DNA from: Octopus vulgaris
Taxonomy: Eukaryota
DNA: 64,000 bases
Reading direction: 5' to 3'
Assembly (NCBI GenBank): GCA_951406725.2
Contig: OX597835.1
Location: 9,176,001 to 9,240,000 of the forward strand
In this document: positions 13,655 through 25,704 of the stretch, in pieces
How positions within the stretch are numbered: the stretch's first letter is position 1
Layout of the letters: the number at the start of each line of letters is the position of its first letter
The notes under the pieces: generated by a model
The model's database searches: none
Told to the model about the DNA's origin: nothing
What the model saw: only the letters and a program-made list of their open reading frames with translations
Made by a program: the position numbers and the translations under genes

Positions 13655-16251
13655 ACATGTTTGCCCTCTGTTTTCTTTATGTCATGTTTCAATACACTTC
13701 GTCAACCGTTGTACGTATGTATTTTTCCTCTCAACCCTCTTTTTCTTTCTCTCTTTCTCTCTTTTTATCTTTACTTCCGAACTTCAAATACTGAGCTTTC
13801 CTTTCCATTATTTCGAAGTTTATTTGTCAGGTAAAGAGGGTGAATCATTTTGCATCTTCCTCCTTCACCTGTGCATAGCTACTTTCCTGTGGTGATAAAC
13901 TCCTGGCTCAGACGTGCAGAGATGGAGAGCACTGTACGGAAGCCTTCAAGTCGGATTCTATGACTGAGACAAGTAAAAGAGTAAAAGAGTATATCTACAC
14001 ATAGGTAAAGAGTTAGGCAGAAAGAGAGTAAGTCCATACAACGTAAGGTCATGGTTGTGAAATCGTACGCCACATTTCAAGACCATTCGTCTAGCAATCT
14101 TATTTTCTACTTTATATCAGGTCAAATATGTCAGGTCAAACATGTTTGAACCTTCAAGATCAACGTAAAGCTTCATGAGTCGGTAGATGCACTTCGAGCC
14201 CCTTAGCTTTCTTCACTACCAGATACCAAGAGAGGTATGTCTGAAATGAATTGAGATCTTAGCTTTCTTTATCAGAAATCAGTAAATATTATATACTAAT
14301 AGCACGCCCTGACCGCTAGGCCGAGACTGATATATGGCAAGGTGCTCGAATCAGTGACGGGAAAAATAATCAAACTCTAGAGCAGTTCAAATATGTGTAG
14401 GGGTATGTTGAACGTCTAATGGCTTGTCACTGCAAGTTTACATTAGGGTCAAAAAGCTTAAGGATAAAAGAAGCACTAAAGGTTCAACTCTTCCAATCAT
14501 ATTTGAACTGATTTTAAGTTTGTTTCTTTTACGCCATTGCTTCGAGGAAATAGCCGAATAGTTTCTGGCATATCATGTCAATGTGAAGAGTGAACACCAT
14601 TTAGCATATAATTGCTAAGTTGTTATGAAGCTATGTTGTGGAATGTAGAAAGACGCAAGCCAAGTTAACACGGTAGGATTTGGTCTTTAAATAGATTGGA
14701 ATCAAAACAAAAATATTTAAAACGGAGGTCTAACCTAACTTTGGAGTTGATATTTATGCCACAGAACTACCTAAATTTACAAGAGTGATAACGGTGCGTA
14801 TGTAAATGTATACTATAGATCTCTGATTTAAATAATTCCTGTAGGAAGAACAATTTAATTATTTCGAATTAATTGCATTAATTGTAATTAATGACACTTC
14901 TCAAAATAATTAATGCTTGCATGTAGAAACAGTGATTCTATAAAAAGCGTTGGCAGCAAAAATGTGTGGCTGACTGCTTTTATGAATAGCAGACAATTAG
15001 TCACTCAATAGCTTATAAATAACATTCTATGTTACAAATTAAGAAAAGACGTCGGGAACAAACAAAACTTCAGCACAACGAAATGTATTAATCTAATTAA
15101 CTTCATCTCATACGCATGCCTGTACTTTGCATATTATTTGGATCCGCAGCTAAAGTCACATACATATTAATGAAAGAGTGGATATAGGAAACGAAAGTGT
15201 TACTGATAGTAAAACAACAAAACACATGTTCGATTCAACGGTATTCTATCAAGCCACTAGAAATAGCAACATAACTCTTTCTCGTGCCTTATCTTACTAA
15301 CATATAAAATAATTATCCCATAGATAGCTCTAGACACACATAATGGCTAAGACCACAATTGAATTCCAGATGTGAGACGAAAAATCTTGAATAAGTTTTC
15401 TTTTCTCTTCGTGTTGATATTACTTTATTCTCTATTATGTAAATGTACTCAGTAGAAACTGACCGTAGAATCGCTTAAAAAAGCCAGGAGAAAATGTAGA
15501 TGAGAGAAGAGAATATATGTGAATAATTTCCTATCTTTCGTCTTACCGTTATTTCTTTGATGTGCTTTACGACTATTTTCAGATCAATATTGAAGATTGA
15601 ACAGATCGAAAAAGTTTGGTGGAAAAAAACTAAAGTCGTAAAAGCTTACTTGCAAAGAAATCTTTCGGATTAGCATTTCGTAACCAAACTCATACACACA
15701 CACACGCATATAATTATGCGTTTGTGTGCGTGTATATATAGTATATACTGTACGTGAGCACGCGTCCTTCTGTATACACGTGGGATGTGCGTGGGTTGTG
15801 CGTATGTGTGTGTTTCTGTATGTATATGTGCACGAGCGCGTGTATGTGTGTATGTGTTTAAAAGTCTGGCCATTTACCACTATTAAATTTGAAGTGAAAA
15901 TGTCTGTGCTCTCAGATTACTTTCATGACTTCAGAGGAAGATAAACGAAGCATCACAGACTATAGGTAAAGACACACATTTCTACTATATGCATCCAGTA
16001 ATGGAAACATAAATCCAGGTGGTGTATTCGTTGTATTTATTTAGAAAGGGATGTAAAATTATGCATCGATCAAGTAAATGAAATATACTTGCATAACTAT
16101 TTGCAAATGTACATATATTGGTATACATTTCTCTTTGAATATGAGATACAAATCACTGTGCGCTCAACTAGACACCGGGAAACACAATAAAATATGGGAG
16201 GTGTTGAATAATGGGCAATAGAAGAAATGTTGAAATAAGCGGTACAGGACT

Positions 16252-16484
16252 GGCGGCGAGCTGGCAGAAACGTTAGCACGCCAGGCGAAATGCTTAGCAA
16301 TATTTGGTCTGCCGCTACGTTCTGAGTTCAAAATCCGCCCAGGTCGACTTTGCCTTTCATCCTTTCGGCGTCGATAAATTATGAACCAGTTACGCACTGG
16401 GGTCGATGTAATCGACTTAATCCGTTTGTCTGTCCATGTTTGTCCCCTCTGTATTTAGCCCCTTGTGGGTAGTAAAGAAATAGG
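16252..16484 (+). mobile_element. SINE family C monomer
   Basis: ggcggcgagctggcagaaacgttagc...gagttcaaa (B box)...gcctttcatcctttcggcgtcgataaatt...gtaaagaaatagg; repeated throughout the window. Confidence 0.9.
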
Positions 16485-16716
16485 CATAGGAGTGGTCTAG
16501 TTAACAAATTAGAAGTCTACATATTGGTTACTAACTTAGGGACTAAAATAGCAGAAGGGTAACTAATTATGTTAGCTGTAAAATCTATGAGACAAATTTG
16601 ATGAAAGTTTTATCACACGAACTGCGGGCCTTCCGTTAAAGCAATATGTTCCACTGAGTTTGTGAACATTCATACCATGTCAAGATTTGAATGACCAAAC
16701 TAATATAAACCAGTGT

Positions 16717-17103
16717 GTGGAGGCGCAATGGCCCAGTGCTTAGGGCAGCGGACTTGCGGTCGTAGGATCACGGTTTCGATTCCCAGACCGGGCGTTGTGA
16801 GTGTTTATTGAGCGAAAACACCTAAAGCTCCACGAGGCTCCGGCAGGGATGGTGGTGATCCCTGTTGTACTTTTTCACCACAACTTTCTCTTACTCTTAC
16901 TTCCTGTTTCTGTTGTACCTGTATTTCAAAGGGCCGGCCTTGTCACTCTCTGTGTCACGCTGAATATCTCCGAGAACTACGTTAAGGTTACACGTGTCTG
17001 TGGACTGCTCAGCCACTTACACGTTAATTTCACGAGAAGGATGTTCCGTTGATTCGGATCAACCGGAACCCTCGTCGTCGTAACCGACGGAGTGCTTCCA
17101 TCC
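16717..17103 (+). mobile_element. SINE family A, full length
   Basis: Matches 13279-13654; imperfect TSD ataaacca(g/a)tgt on both sides. Confidence 0.92.
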
Positions 17104-17289
17104 ATAAACCAATGTACTCATCTTCCAAGGATATAAGAAATCCTCAGTGAGTACAATATTTATCGATAATATATCAATCAACGTAGATCGTGGCCTTCCG
17201 TTAAAGCAATCATGTTCCACTGAGATTTGTGAAAGATTCATACCATGTCGAGGATTTGAATGACCAAATATATCTCTGTTACAATGATT

Positions 17290-17612
17290 GGGAGGCGCAA
17301 TGGCCCAGTAGTTAGGGCATCGGACTCGCGGTCAGAGGATCGCGGTTTCGATTCCCCGACCGGGCGTTGTGTGTATTTATTGAGCGAAAACACCTAAAAG
17401 CTCCACGGGGCTGGCTCCGGCAGGGTGGGATGGCGAGCCGTGTTGTACTCTTTCGTCACAACTTTCTCTCACTTTCTCTCACTGTTTCTTGAGTAACGCT
17501 CCGATGGACTGGCGTCCCTTCCAGATTGGGAGAACACATACGCCACAGAAACCGGGAAACCGGGCCCATGAGCCTGGCTAGGCTTGAAAAGGGTAACGTT
17601 TATCGTTTTATC
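17290..17612 (+). mobile_element. SINE family A variant (same head, different 3' tail)
   Basis: Matches family A to ~17480 (cacaactttctctcact), then an unrelated tail; TSD-like tacaatga at 17280 and 17614. Confidence 0.85.
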
Positions 17613-17968
17613 GTACAATGACTTTGTATTATAGAGTAATTGTAAGGTTGTTCTGTTGTACCAAAAACATAAAGGTATGATAAGCGAACCTCAGCAGTTC
17701 ATGATATAAGTTCTACGTTTTTTGGAACCTATAATAAGTCATAACGTGTGTCTCCATCTTTTATGCAAGAAAATACCTCTCCGCATGCGTATAAATTCCC
17801 TCACAGAGTCTTCCCAGTTGTTTAGGTAGTTAATAAAGGCCTAGGTAATAGGTAAAAAAGTGAAGAGAGCAAAAGGACGAAGTGATGTGGAATGAGCAGT
17901 ATTACCAAGCACTAAACAGGTTTGCAAATGCATCGGTTTTCTTCTAAAATCAATAGTAATGAGTTATT

Positions 17969-18023
17969 CACAACCTCACGATCGTAAGCTCGACGCTCTA
18001 ACCATTGAGCCACGCGTCTTCAC
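17969..18023 (-). mobile_element. SINE family D head fragment
   Basis: cacaacctcacgatcgtaagctcgacgctctaacc matches 5530-5573. Confidence 0.8.
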
Positions 18024-18028
18024 ACACA

Positions 18029-18113
<85 letters not shown>

Positions 18114-18145
18114 TACATGTATTTATGTATGCATATTTGCCCTTA

Positions 18146-18224
<79 letters not shown>

Positions 18225-18370
18225 ATATATGCCCTTATGCATTGTTATAATACATGATGCACGATTCATACGCACACACGAACAAACACACGCGCGTAGC
18301 GCGCGTGCTTTGGTATGGAAATGCAGGAGCAGCACTTGTCAGTTCGCAAGAAATATGTTATAACTGTACT

Positions 18371-18445
<75 letters not shown>

Positions 18446-19047
18446 TTTTGCTCGTTCATATTCGCATATTTATTATAAATATTTAAGTAAATACTTTATC
18501 ATTTTGAATTTAATTGCGAATGTTTTTGCTTTGATGTTAAACTCTCGCGGGATATTTACTTTGCTTGATTTAATTCTTAATTTGAAAACACGTTGTTTTG
18601 CAACTCTGCTAAAAAGTGTCAGGTCAGCATCCGATTTCATTCGTCTTTGTTGTTCTTCTAATATCTAATAATAAATAATAACTTAGACTAGGTCTTAAGC
18701 TGTTTTCGAAGCTAAACATTATTTATGCCACTTGAGGGTTTACAAGAAGTTTTTTCTGATGACAGGACTTGAAACAATTCAAATATATCAAACAATCCGA
18801 AATTAGATTGTAATTTGAAAATGTTTGCGTCAAAAGAAAACTGCAAAATATTCAGAAAAATCCCCAGAAAATAACATTAAATTGAATAAATACTAACATT
18901 AAATGATATGAAATCGAATAAATATTGTATAATATAAACAGAACAACTGCAAAATAGAAATAACAAACGAAATTTTCATTATGGCCAGAACAACGAACAA
19001 AAATTTAAAGCCAATGTCATAACATAAACAACAAACAGAAGAAAACG

Positions 19048-19169
19048 TCATCATCATCATTATCCACATCATCATCATCAGTGTTATCACCGTCATCATT
19101 ACTATCATCAACTTCATCACCCATATCATCATCATTACCATCATCAGCATTATCATTACTACTATTCAT

Positions 19170-19201
<32 letters not shown>

Positions 19202-19212
19202 CATCATCATCA
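19048..19212. repeat. (CAT)n degenerate microsatellite at the LINE 3' end
   Basis: Direct reading; abuts the 3' end of the minus-strand LINE. Confidence 0.9.
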
Positions 19213-20460
19213 TCTTTGTCATAATTACTGTTGTTCTTTTCTAAATATTCTAGCAAATCCAAGGAGTGTTGTTTACCGTAAGTGCCCCACCCTCGTGTTT
19301 TCCTCAATTTTTGAAAAAAATAGTTTTCAAATCTGATGCTCACAGTACCAAGCGTCCCAACAACCGCAACCACTTCCACCTTTTCCATTGACCTCAAATG
19401 TTCTATCTCCCATGAGAGTAGTCCATACCTCTCAATCCTCAATTCTTTGTCAGTTGGAAAAGCCACATCTGTTGACTTTATCAATCACCATAATATATGG
19501 TTTGTGATGTTCAGGTTAAGTGTCACATGGTTCCATAAAATCTTAGAATGGTTCGTTTCTTCAAAGTCTTCTGTTTTCTCCTCATAGCATTTGTTTACTC
19601 TTTGAAGACCATATCTTCTGCATAGAACGATTTTCGCAACACTGTCATGGCGTCGTTGGTATTCTTTCCGTTAGCACGCCGGCCGAATGCTTAGCGGTAT
19701 TTCGTCTGCGTTACGTTCTGAGTTCAATTCCGCCGAGGTCCACTTTCCCTTTCATCCTTTCGGGGTCGATTACATAAGTACCAGTTACGCACTGGGGTCG
19801 ATATAATCGACTTAATCCGTTTGTCTGTCCTTGTTTGTCCTCTCTGTGTTTAGCCCCTTGTGAGTGGTAAAGAAATAGGTATTTCGTCTGCCGCTACGTT
19901 CTGAGTTCAAATTCCGCCGAGGTCGACTTTGCCTGTCATCCTTTCGGGGTCGATAAATTAAGTACCAGTTACGCACTGGGGTCGATGTAATCGGCTTAAT
20001 ACCTATGTCTGTCCTTGTTTGTCCCCTCTGTGTTTAGCCCCTTGTGGGTAGTAAAGAAATAAGTATTCTTTCCGTGTCAGCTTTGAGTAATGGCTGGTGA
20101 TATGCCACACACTTTCTCGTTTTCCTCTACATATCCTATATTCTTCCACTGCACATATTCGTCAATGTTGCACTTAACATGGTTTGTTCTTGTGCTGCAC
20201 AAGAATTTCAGCACTTCAATCAATTTCGTTGTCTCCCGGTTTCGCTTCCATCCATCAACACTTCTTCTGTTGCACAGTGCTTTGTGTTCCTCTGTAAATC
20301 TTTCGTCTTCATTCGCATTTATCTAAAGGCCAGCATCCCAGTGCGGCGCATCAGAAGCAGCTTCGCTTTCAGTTCATTCATTTGTCACACTTCGATCTTC
20401 TCCGTTCTCAGCTTCTTCAAATATTTCCCCCGTATTCTAATTAACTCATGTAATTAAATC
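19213..20460 (-). mobile_element. 3' fragment of an RLE-type (R4/Dong-like) non-LTR retrotransposon, split by a SINE
   Basis: Minus-strand translation gives CAAQEQ, a decayed CCHC knuckle (RICRGKRESVWHITSHYSKLTRKEY), EYQRRHDSVAKIV, KILWN, HKPYIMVIDK and DVAFP...ERY..L.WEI...KVEVVAVVGTLGTV; frameshifts present. Confidence 0.85.
19672..20062 (+). mobile_element. SINE family C tandem dimer inserted in the LINE
   Basis: Two head-to-tail units; 13-bp TSD gtattctttccgt at 19659-19671 and 20063-20075. Confidence 0.92.
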
Positions 20461-20670
20461 AAGGAACCTTCTAGTTAACTCAGATTCTATGTCATTCACT
20501 TAACCATGCCTTCTAATTCTAATTCTAATTCTAATTACCTCACAAATTCACAGATAATGATCCAAACATTCCCCCTTCCTTCCAATGCCCCTTTTCTCTG
20601 ATTGCCCTTTCATTTTCCTCATTAGTGTTACTCGCGAGGAACAAGTCATAACTACGACATTCACTTGTTT

Positions 20671-21088
20671 AGGCGGCGAACTGCCAGAAACGTTAGCACG
20701 CCGGGCTAAATGCGTAGCCGCATTTCATCTGCCGTTACGTCCTGAGTTCAAATTCCGCTGAGGTCGACTTTGCCTTTCATCCTTTCGGGGTCGATAAATT
20801 AAGTACCTGTTACGCACTCGGGTCGATATAATCGACTTAATCCATTTTCTGTCCTTGTTTGTCCTATCTGTGTTTAGCCCCTTATTGGTAGTAAAGAAAC
20901 AGGTACTGTGTCAGCCGATACGTTCTGAGTTCAAATTCTGCCAAGGTCTACTTTGCCTTTCATCCTTTCGGGGTCGATAAACTAACTACCAGTTTCGCAC
21001 TGGGGTCGATGTAATCGACTTAATCCGTTTGTCTGTCCTTGTTCGTCCCCTCTACGTTTAGCCTTCTGTGGGCAATAAAGAAAAATAC
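20671..21088 (+). mobile_element. SINE family C tandem dimer
   Basis: Two units; 14-bp TSD acattcacttgttt at 20657-20670 and 21089-21102. Confidence 0.92.
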
Positions 21089-21918
21089 ACATTCACTTGT
21101 TTGCTCCAGCCCAGTCTTGCTTGTTGGCTAGCAAATGCTGGTTGACGACTGCTTCCTCCCTAGTGCACAATGAGACACGTTTCGGACGTGGTACATTCAT
21201 CATAGTGATGCGAAAGTGCGATGACTTCGTCGGGGTCAACGAAGACGAACTGTCAAATAGTTTTGGAGATCTGTCAAGTAGGGGACTACAATAGATAATT
21301 TGCAAAAGTACTTGGCTTGACTGTGATACTGAAGGGTGCACCCAGATCGAGATAAACTCTTCGGGCACGGAAGTGTATTCGAACGGGCTCCCCCGAAAGG
21401 TGCGCAAAGTGGCGTCACACATGTGTCTATGTATTGTAATCATACAATGATGTGTATGCCTTTACACAGTTTTAAGTACACTGAATAGAATGTTATGTAT
21501 GTATATTTAAAGATGCGTATGAGGGTTGTGTATACAGAAGTATATTTCTGTGCCACTGTATATCAAACATATATATATACACGAAGCTTTTAGTTTTATC
21601 ACAAAGTTATTGTTTTTTTCTTTTATTTTTCATACTAAAACAAGAATTAAAATTTTCCAATTCCATTAATGCTAAGAACACGACATGCAAACTAATGACT
21701 TGATTAAACGCGAGAACAGTTCTCAACATTCTTATGCACACGGACAATCAAACTTAGATAATATTATGTATGTATACATGTGCGTGTGTTCGTGTAAGCT
21801 TCTGTGTGTGTATATATATATATAAGCATATGTACACATGTATGCATCCATCTATCTACCTTTCTATCTATCTATCTATGTATCTTTCTATTTATATATA
21901 TATATATAACTATCTATA

Positions 21919-21964
<46 letters not shown>

Positions 21965-22020
21965 CATATGTAAACATGTATGCATCCATCTATCTACCTA
22001 TCTATCTATCTATCTATCTA

Positions 22021-22071
<51 letters not shown>

Positions 22072-22689
22072 CTACATATATATGCATACATGCGTACATA
22101 CGTGTTTATATATGATTGTGTGAGTGTCTGTGTGTGTATATATGTACTCGTGTTTAATTTATCGATTTGCTAAACAACGCACGCCCCTCTTCTCTTTATG
22201 CGTGGACATTTTCCCCAAACTGAAAATTTTATAGCAGTATTTTATATCCGGGCTTTTATATGTTTATTTTTCTTCCAGTTTTACAAAGTTTATATGTTAT
22301 TTTTTTTTAATGTGGATATGTTTTTTTGTCTTACCATTGTTTTCCTAGAAACTACAATATTTTATTATTGAAGTATTTCTTAAGGAACTGAAAAAAAACT
22401 TCCACGTAGCTCGTGAAGGAAAACATAAATATATATATACACATTTATGTAATATACATACATTTAGTGAGGAGCATATTATTATATGTTTTTAATATGT
22501 ATCTTTCGTAACCAGGTTGATAATAAACTGCTGCAACGGGGATAATCACAGAGAATCATGTTATATATAGATACACCACAGTTGTTCCTCTCGAGGGATT
22601 TGATAATATTTTGAATTTAGAAAATTGCCTGTGGTTCGAATAACGAAACGTGAATAAATAAGCGTTTGTAAAGACGGTATAGTGCTGTG

Positions 22690-22746
<57 letters not shown>

Positions 22747-22849
22747 CGAATATTCTATACACGTCTACATCCGCAGAATGTCAACGTATGGCGTACAATC
22801 AATTTGTTTTTGTGTATATATAACAGGAATCTTTGCCACCACTTCACTT

Positions 22850-23390
22850 GTAACGAAAGAGGCGAAAATTGATTACGTCAACGTTAAAGAAGATGTACCA
22901 CTAGCCATTGATGGGGGTTGATACAATTCCCGGCCCTGATGGGTTCCCAGCAATCCTCCTCAAACCGTGCAAACGAGCCTTTGCAAATCCACTACAGCTT
23001 CTTTTTTATAGCATTTTACAAGTGGCAAGCTCTCAGACATACAAAGTGAAATAGAGTAGATGCTAAAAATTATAGGCCTAAATTTCTGATCTCACACATG
23101 AGCAAAGTCCTGGAGCGAATAATCCGCATGGAACTAATTGCGTTCCTTGAAGAAAATTACTTGCTGACTTACATTTATCATGGACTTTGACCAGGTGAAA
23201 GCTGACTAACACAGCCCTGACATCATTACAAGGCGTTAAAAAAGCTGCTGAATGACTCAACCGTGGATGCGATATATTTATTGCAAAGGCTTTTGATAAA
23301 GTCGACCATGGTACGATATGTCACACACTGCGCGTACTCCGCGTATTCGGGAGACTTGGAGAGTGGCTACACGACCTTCAAATAATGGTA
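22850..23390 (+). mobile_element. CR1/L2-group LINE reverse transcriptase remnant
   Basis: GPDGFPAILLK, KNYRPKFLISHMSKVLERII, HGL*PGES*LT and VDAIYL/AKAFDKVDH are decayed apurinic-endonuclease-LINE RT motifs; stops and frameshifts present. Confidence 0.85.
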
Positions 23391-23488
23391 TAGTACAGCA
23401 AACGGTGGTGCCCCAGCATGACCGCAGCATTAAAGCTTTAATAATTTACGGAATTTAAAGATATACACACACACGCACACATAAGAGA

Positions 23489-23870
23489 GAGTACCCAAAA
23501 GAAACCGGAATTTTGCAATATTACTTTATTCACTTAATTTTGCATGTTTACTCTCTTTTCGTCTTCAAAGTATTCTCCATTCGAAGCAATACATCGGTCC
23601 AACCCCTTCTTCCAATAATCGAAGCCTTGCTGGAACTGTTGCGAAGTGATAACTTTTAATGCCTCTGTCGTTTTTTTCTTCACCTCTTCCACATCTGCAA
23701 ATTCCGTCTTTCCAGCTTTCGTCACCAGTGATGACCATCTAAGAAAAAAGGCCCGGATCAACTTCAAAGTATGCTTTCGGTTCACGAGAGTCATTCAGTC
23801 GTGACTGCTTTTGATCTATGAGCAAGCGAGGCACAAATTTTGCTGCAATTTTTTTTCATTCGCAACCTGA
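23489..23870 (-). mobile_element. mariner transposase C-terminal remnant, internally deleted
   Basis: FADVEEVKKKTTEALK...FQQGFDYWKKGLDRCIASNGEYFE is the typical mariner C-terminus. Confidence 0.8.
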
Positions 23871-23912
23871 CCAACATATATATACGTATATACACATATA
23901 TATATATGTATA

Positions 23913-23961
<49 letters not shown>

Positions 23962-24986
23962 TCATGTATGTATATATATATATATTTGCGACTAAGAATG
24001 CAAATTAGCGGCAATTCAATTTTTGGTTTTATTTCGTGGTTAGAAGCCTTCGTTATTTGATACATATATATATGTGTGTGTGTATGTGTATGTGTGTGTG
24101 TTTATGTATGTATGTATATATATATGTGTGTGTGTATGTGTGTGTGTGTGTGTATCTATATGGTTGTGTGTATATACATATGTATGTATATATATATATA
24201 TATATATATAAGATAAACAACGGTACGAGTGTGTGTGTGTGTGTGTGTATCTGTATATATCTGATAAGAATCTCTTATTCTATAACCGTATTTCTTTGAG
24301 TTGTCTGAATATCCCCAAAAATATGAGGCATTGTAGTTCCAGAGTAATTGTTCACCTTTCACTCTTTCGCTTTACATATTTTATATTTCTAAACAAAGAT
24401 CAAACAAAATGATCAAATAATTCTAATATTGGAGTTTTTTTAACAATTATTTGCTTTACAGAATGAGTTCCTTAGTTTTCTTTCTCACTTCTATTTCCAG
24501 GAGTTGAATGAAATCATGTAGGTGAAACTTTCAACTCGGAAATATTTCATAAAACGTGTTATAAAAAAATAAAAATAAACCGTCGGAATAAAAAGAAAAT
24601 AGGTTTAAATATAAATAGATTTACAAACAGAGATTAGAAAAAATATCACTTCTGGAATTGTTTTTGTGTTATATTTTCCTTGAAACCATCTCATTCACTC
24701 ACAATGTTAAATTTGGTACATTAGCATAATATGAAAGCTAAAATTACAAATTCCTTTCTCTATCGGAATATTCTGTGAAGAATATATGAATAAGGATTTC
24801 TTTCCTACAGCCAAGACATTAATTGTCTACAGTGAACTCATGAATAAGTGGAACTTCGATGATTAGAATCCGAAATTATAGAACGAACGTTCATTCTGTG
24901 ACAAATATAATGGAAAATATATAAATATACATGCAAACAAACAAAAATACCTAAAGAACATTATTTAAAATATCAGCAAGAAGGTA

Positions 24987-25070
24987 GGCGGCGGCAGCAG
25001 CGGCAGCAGCGGCAGCAATAGCAACAGCAGCAGCAGTAGTAGTAGCAACAGTAGCAGCAGCAACATCATC
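24987..25070. repeat. (CAG/CGG/TAG)n trinucleotide repeat
   Basis: Direct reading; no surrounding open frame. Confidence 0.85.
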
Positions 25071-25704
25071 TGAAAAATTAATTTAAATTATTTTATACAT
25101 AGCTATAAATTTACCATAAAGCAATATATATAGCTCGTGGGATTTAAAGTGTAGGAATTAAAATTTTAATTTTTTTTGTACAATTTTTCACCATTAATAA
25201 CAATTTCCAAAATTTCATGAAGAAATAAAAGCAATGTTTACTGAAACAGTTCATTTTGAAAGTAAAACTGACCGACAAACAATCTCATTTAATCAAAGCG
25301 AAACAATTGTTACATTAGCGTCGTTCTTAGAGCTTTGCTTTCTTTCTTGTGACAGATTCCACTTGACAACTTCGTAAGTTGTAAAACGAGTTTATGTCAT
25401 TTGGCAAATTTCATATAGAAACTAGTGAAGCGTGAATCCATCAGAGCCGAAGAGAAGTGGTAAAGTACGGCAATATTTAATATAAAACATGATTAACTCA
25501 AATTACTGAAGCAGTAAGTGGAAAAGAATTAAACGGTAGACTCGATAAGATGCAAGTATATAATGGTTGATCTTCAGTAGAATGTCTGGAATCAGAGAGG
25601 TTTAATAAAAACATGAATAATTTATATTATTAAGTACATAGATTCCTGTATATTAATATGGCTACAAGTAAATGTGAAGACGCTCATATATAACTGTACA
25701 CATA

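Noticed and set aside
18751-18785. CTGATGA...GAAAC hammerhead-like spacing (also 26824 and 53211)
   Set aside because: Helix II and/or helix III do not pair; compatible with chance.
19017-19212. Asp-rich acidic tail in ORF 19017-19484
   Set aside because: (GAT)n microsatellite read through from a frameshifted LINE remnant.
19672-20062. CRISPR-like or satellite interpretation of tandem units
   Set aside because: Units are SINE multimers with no unique spacers; eukaryotic context and no cas genes.
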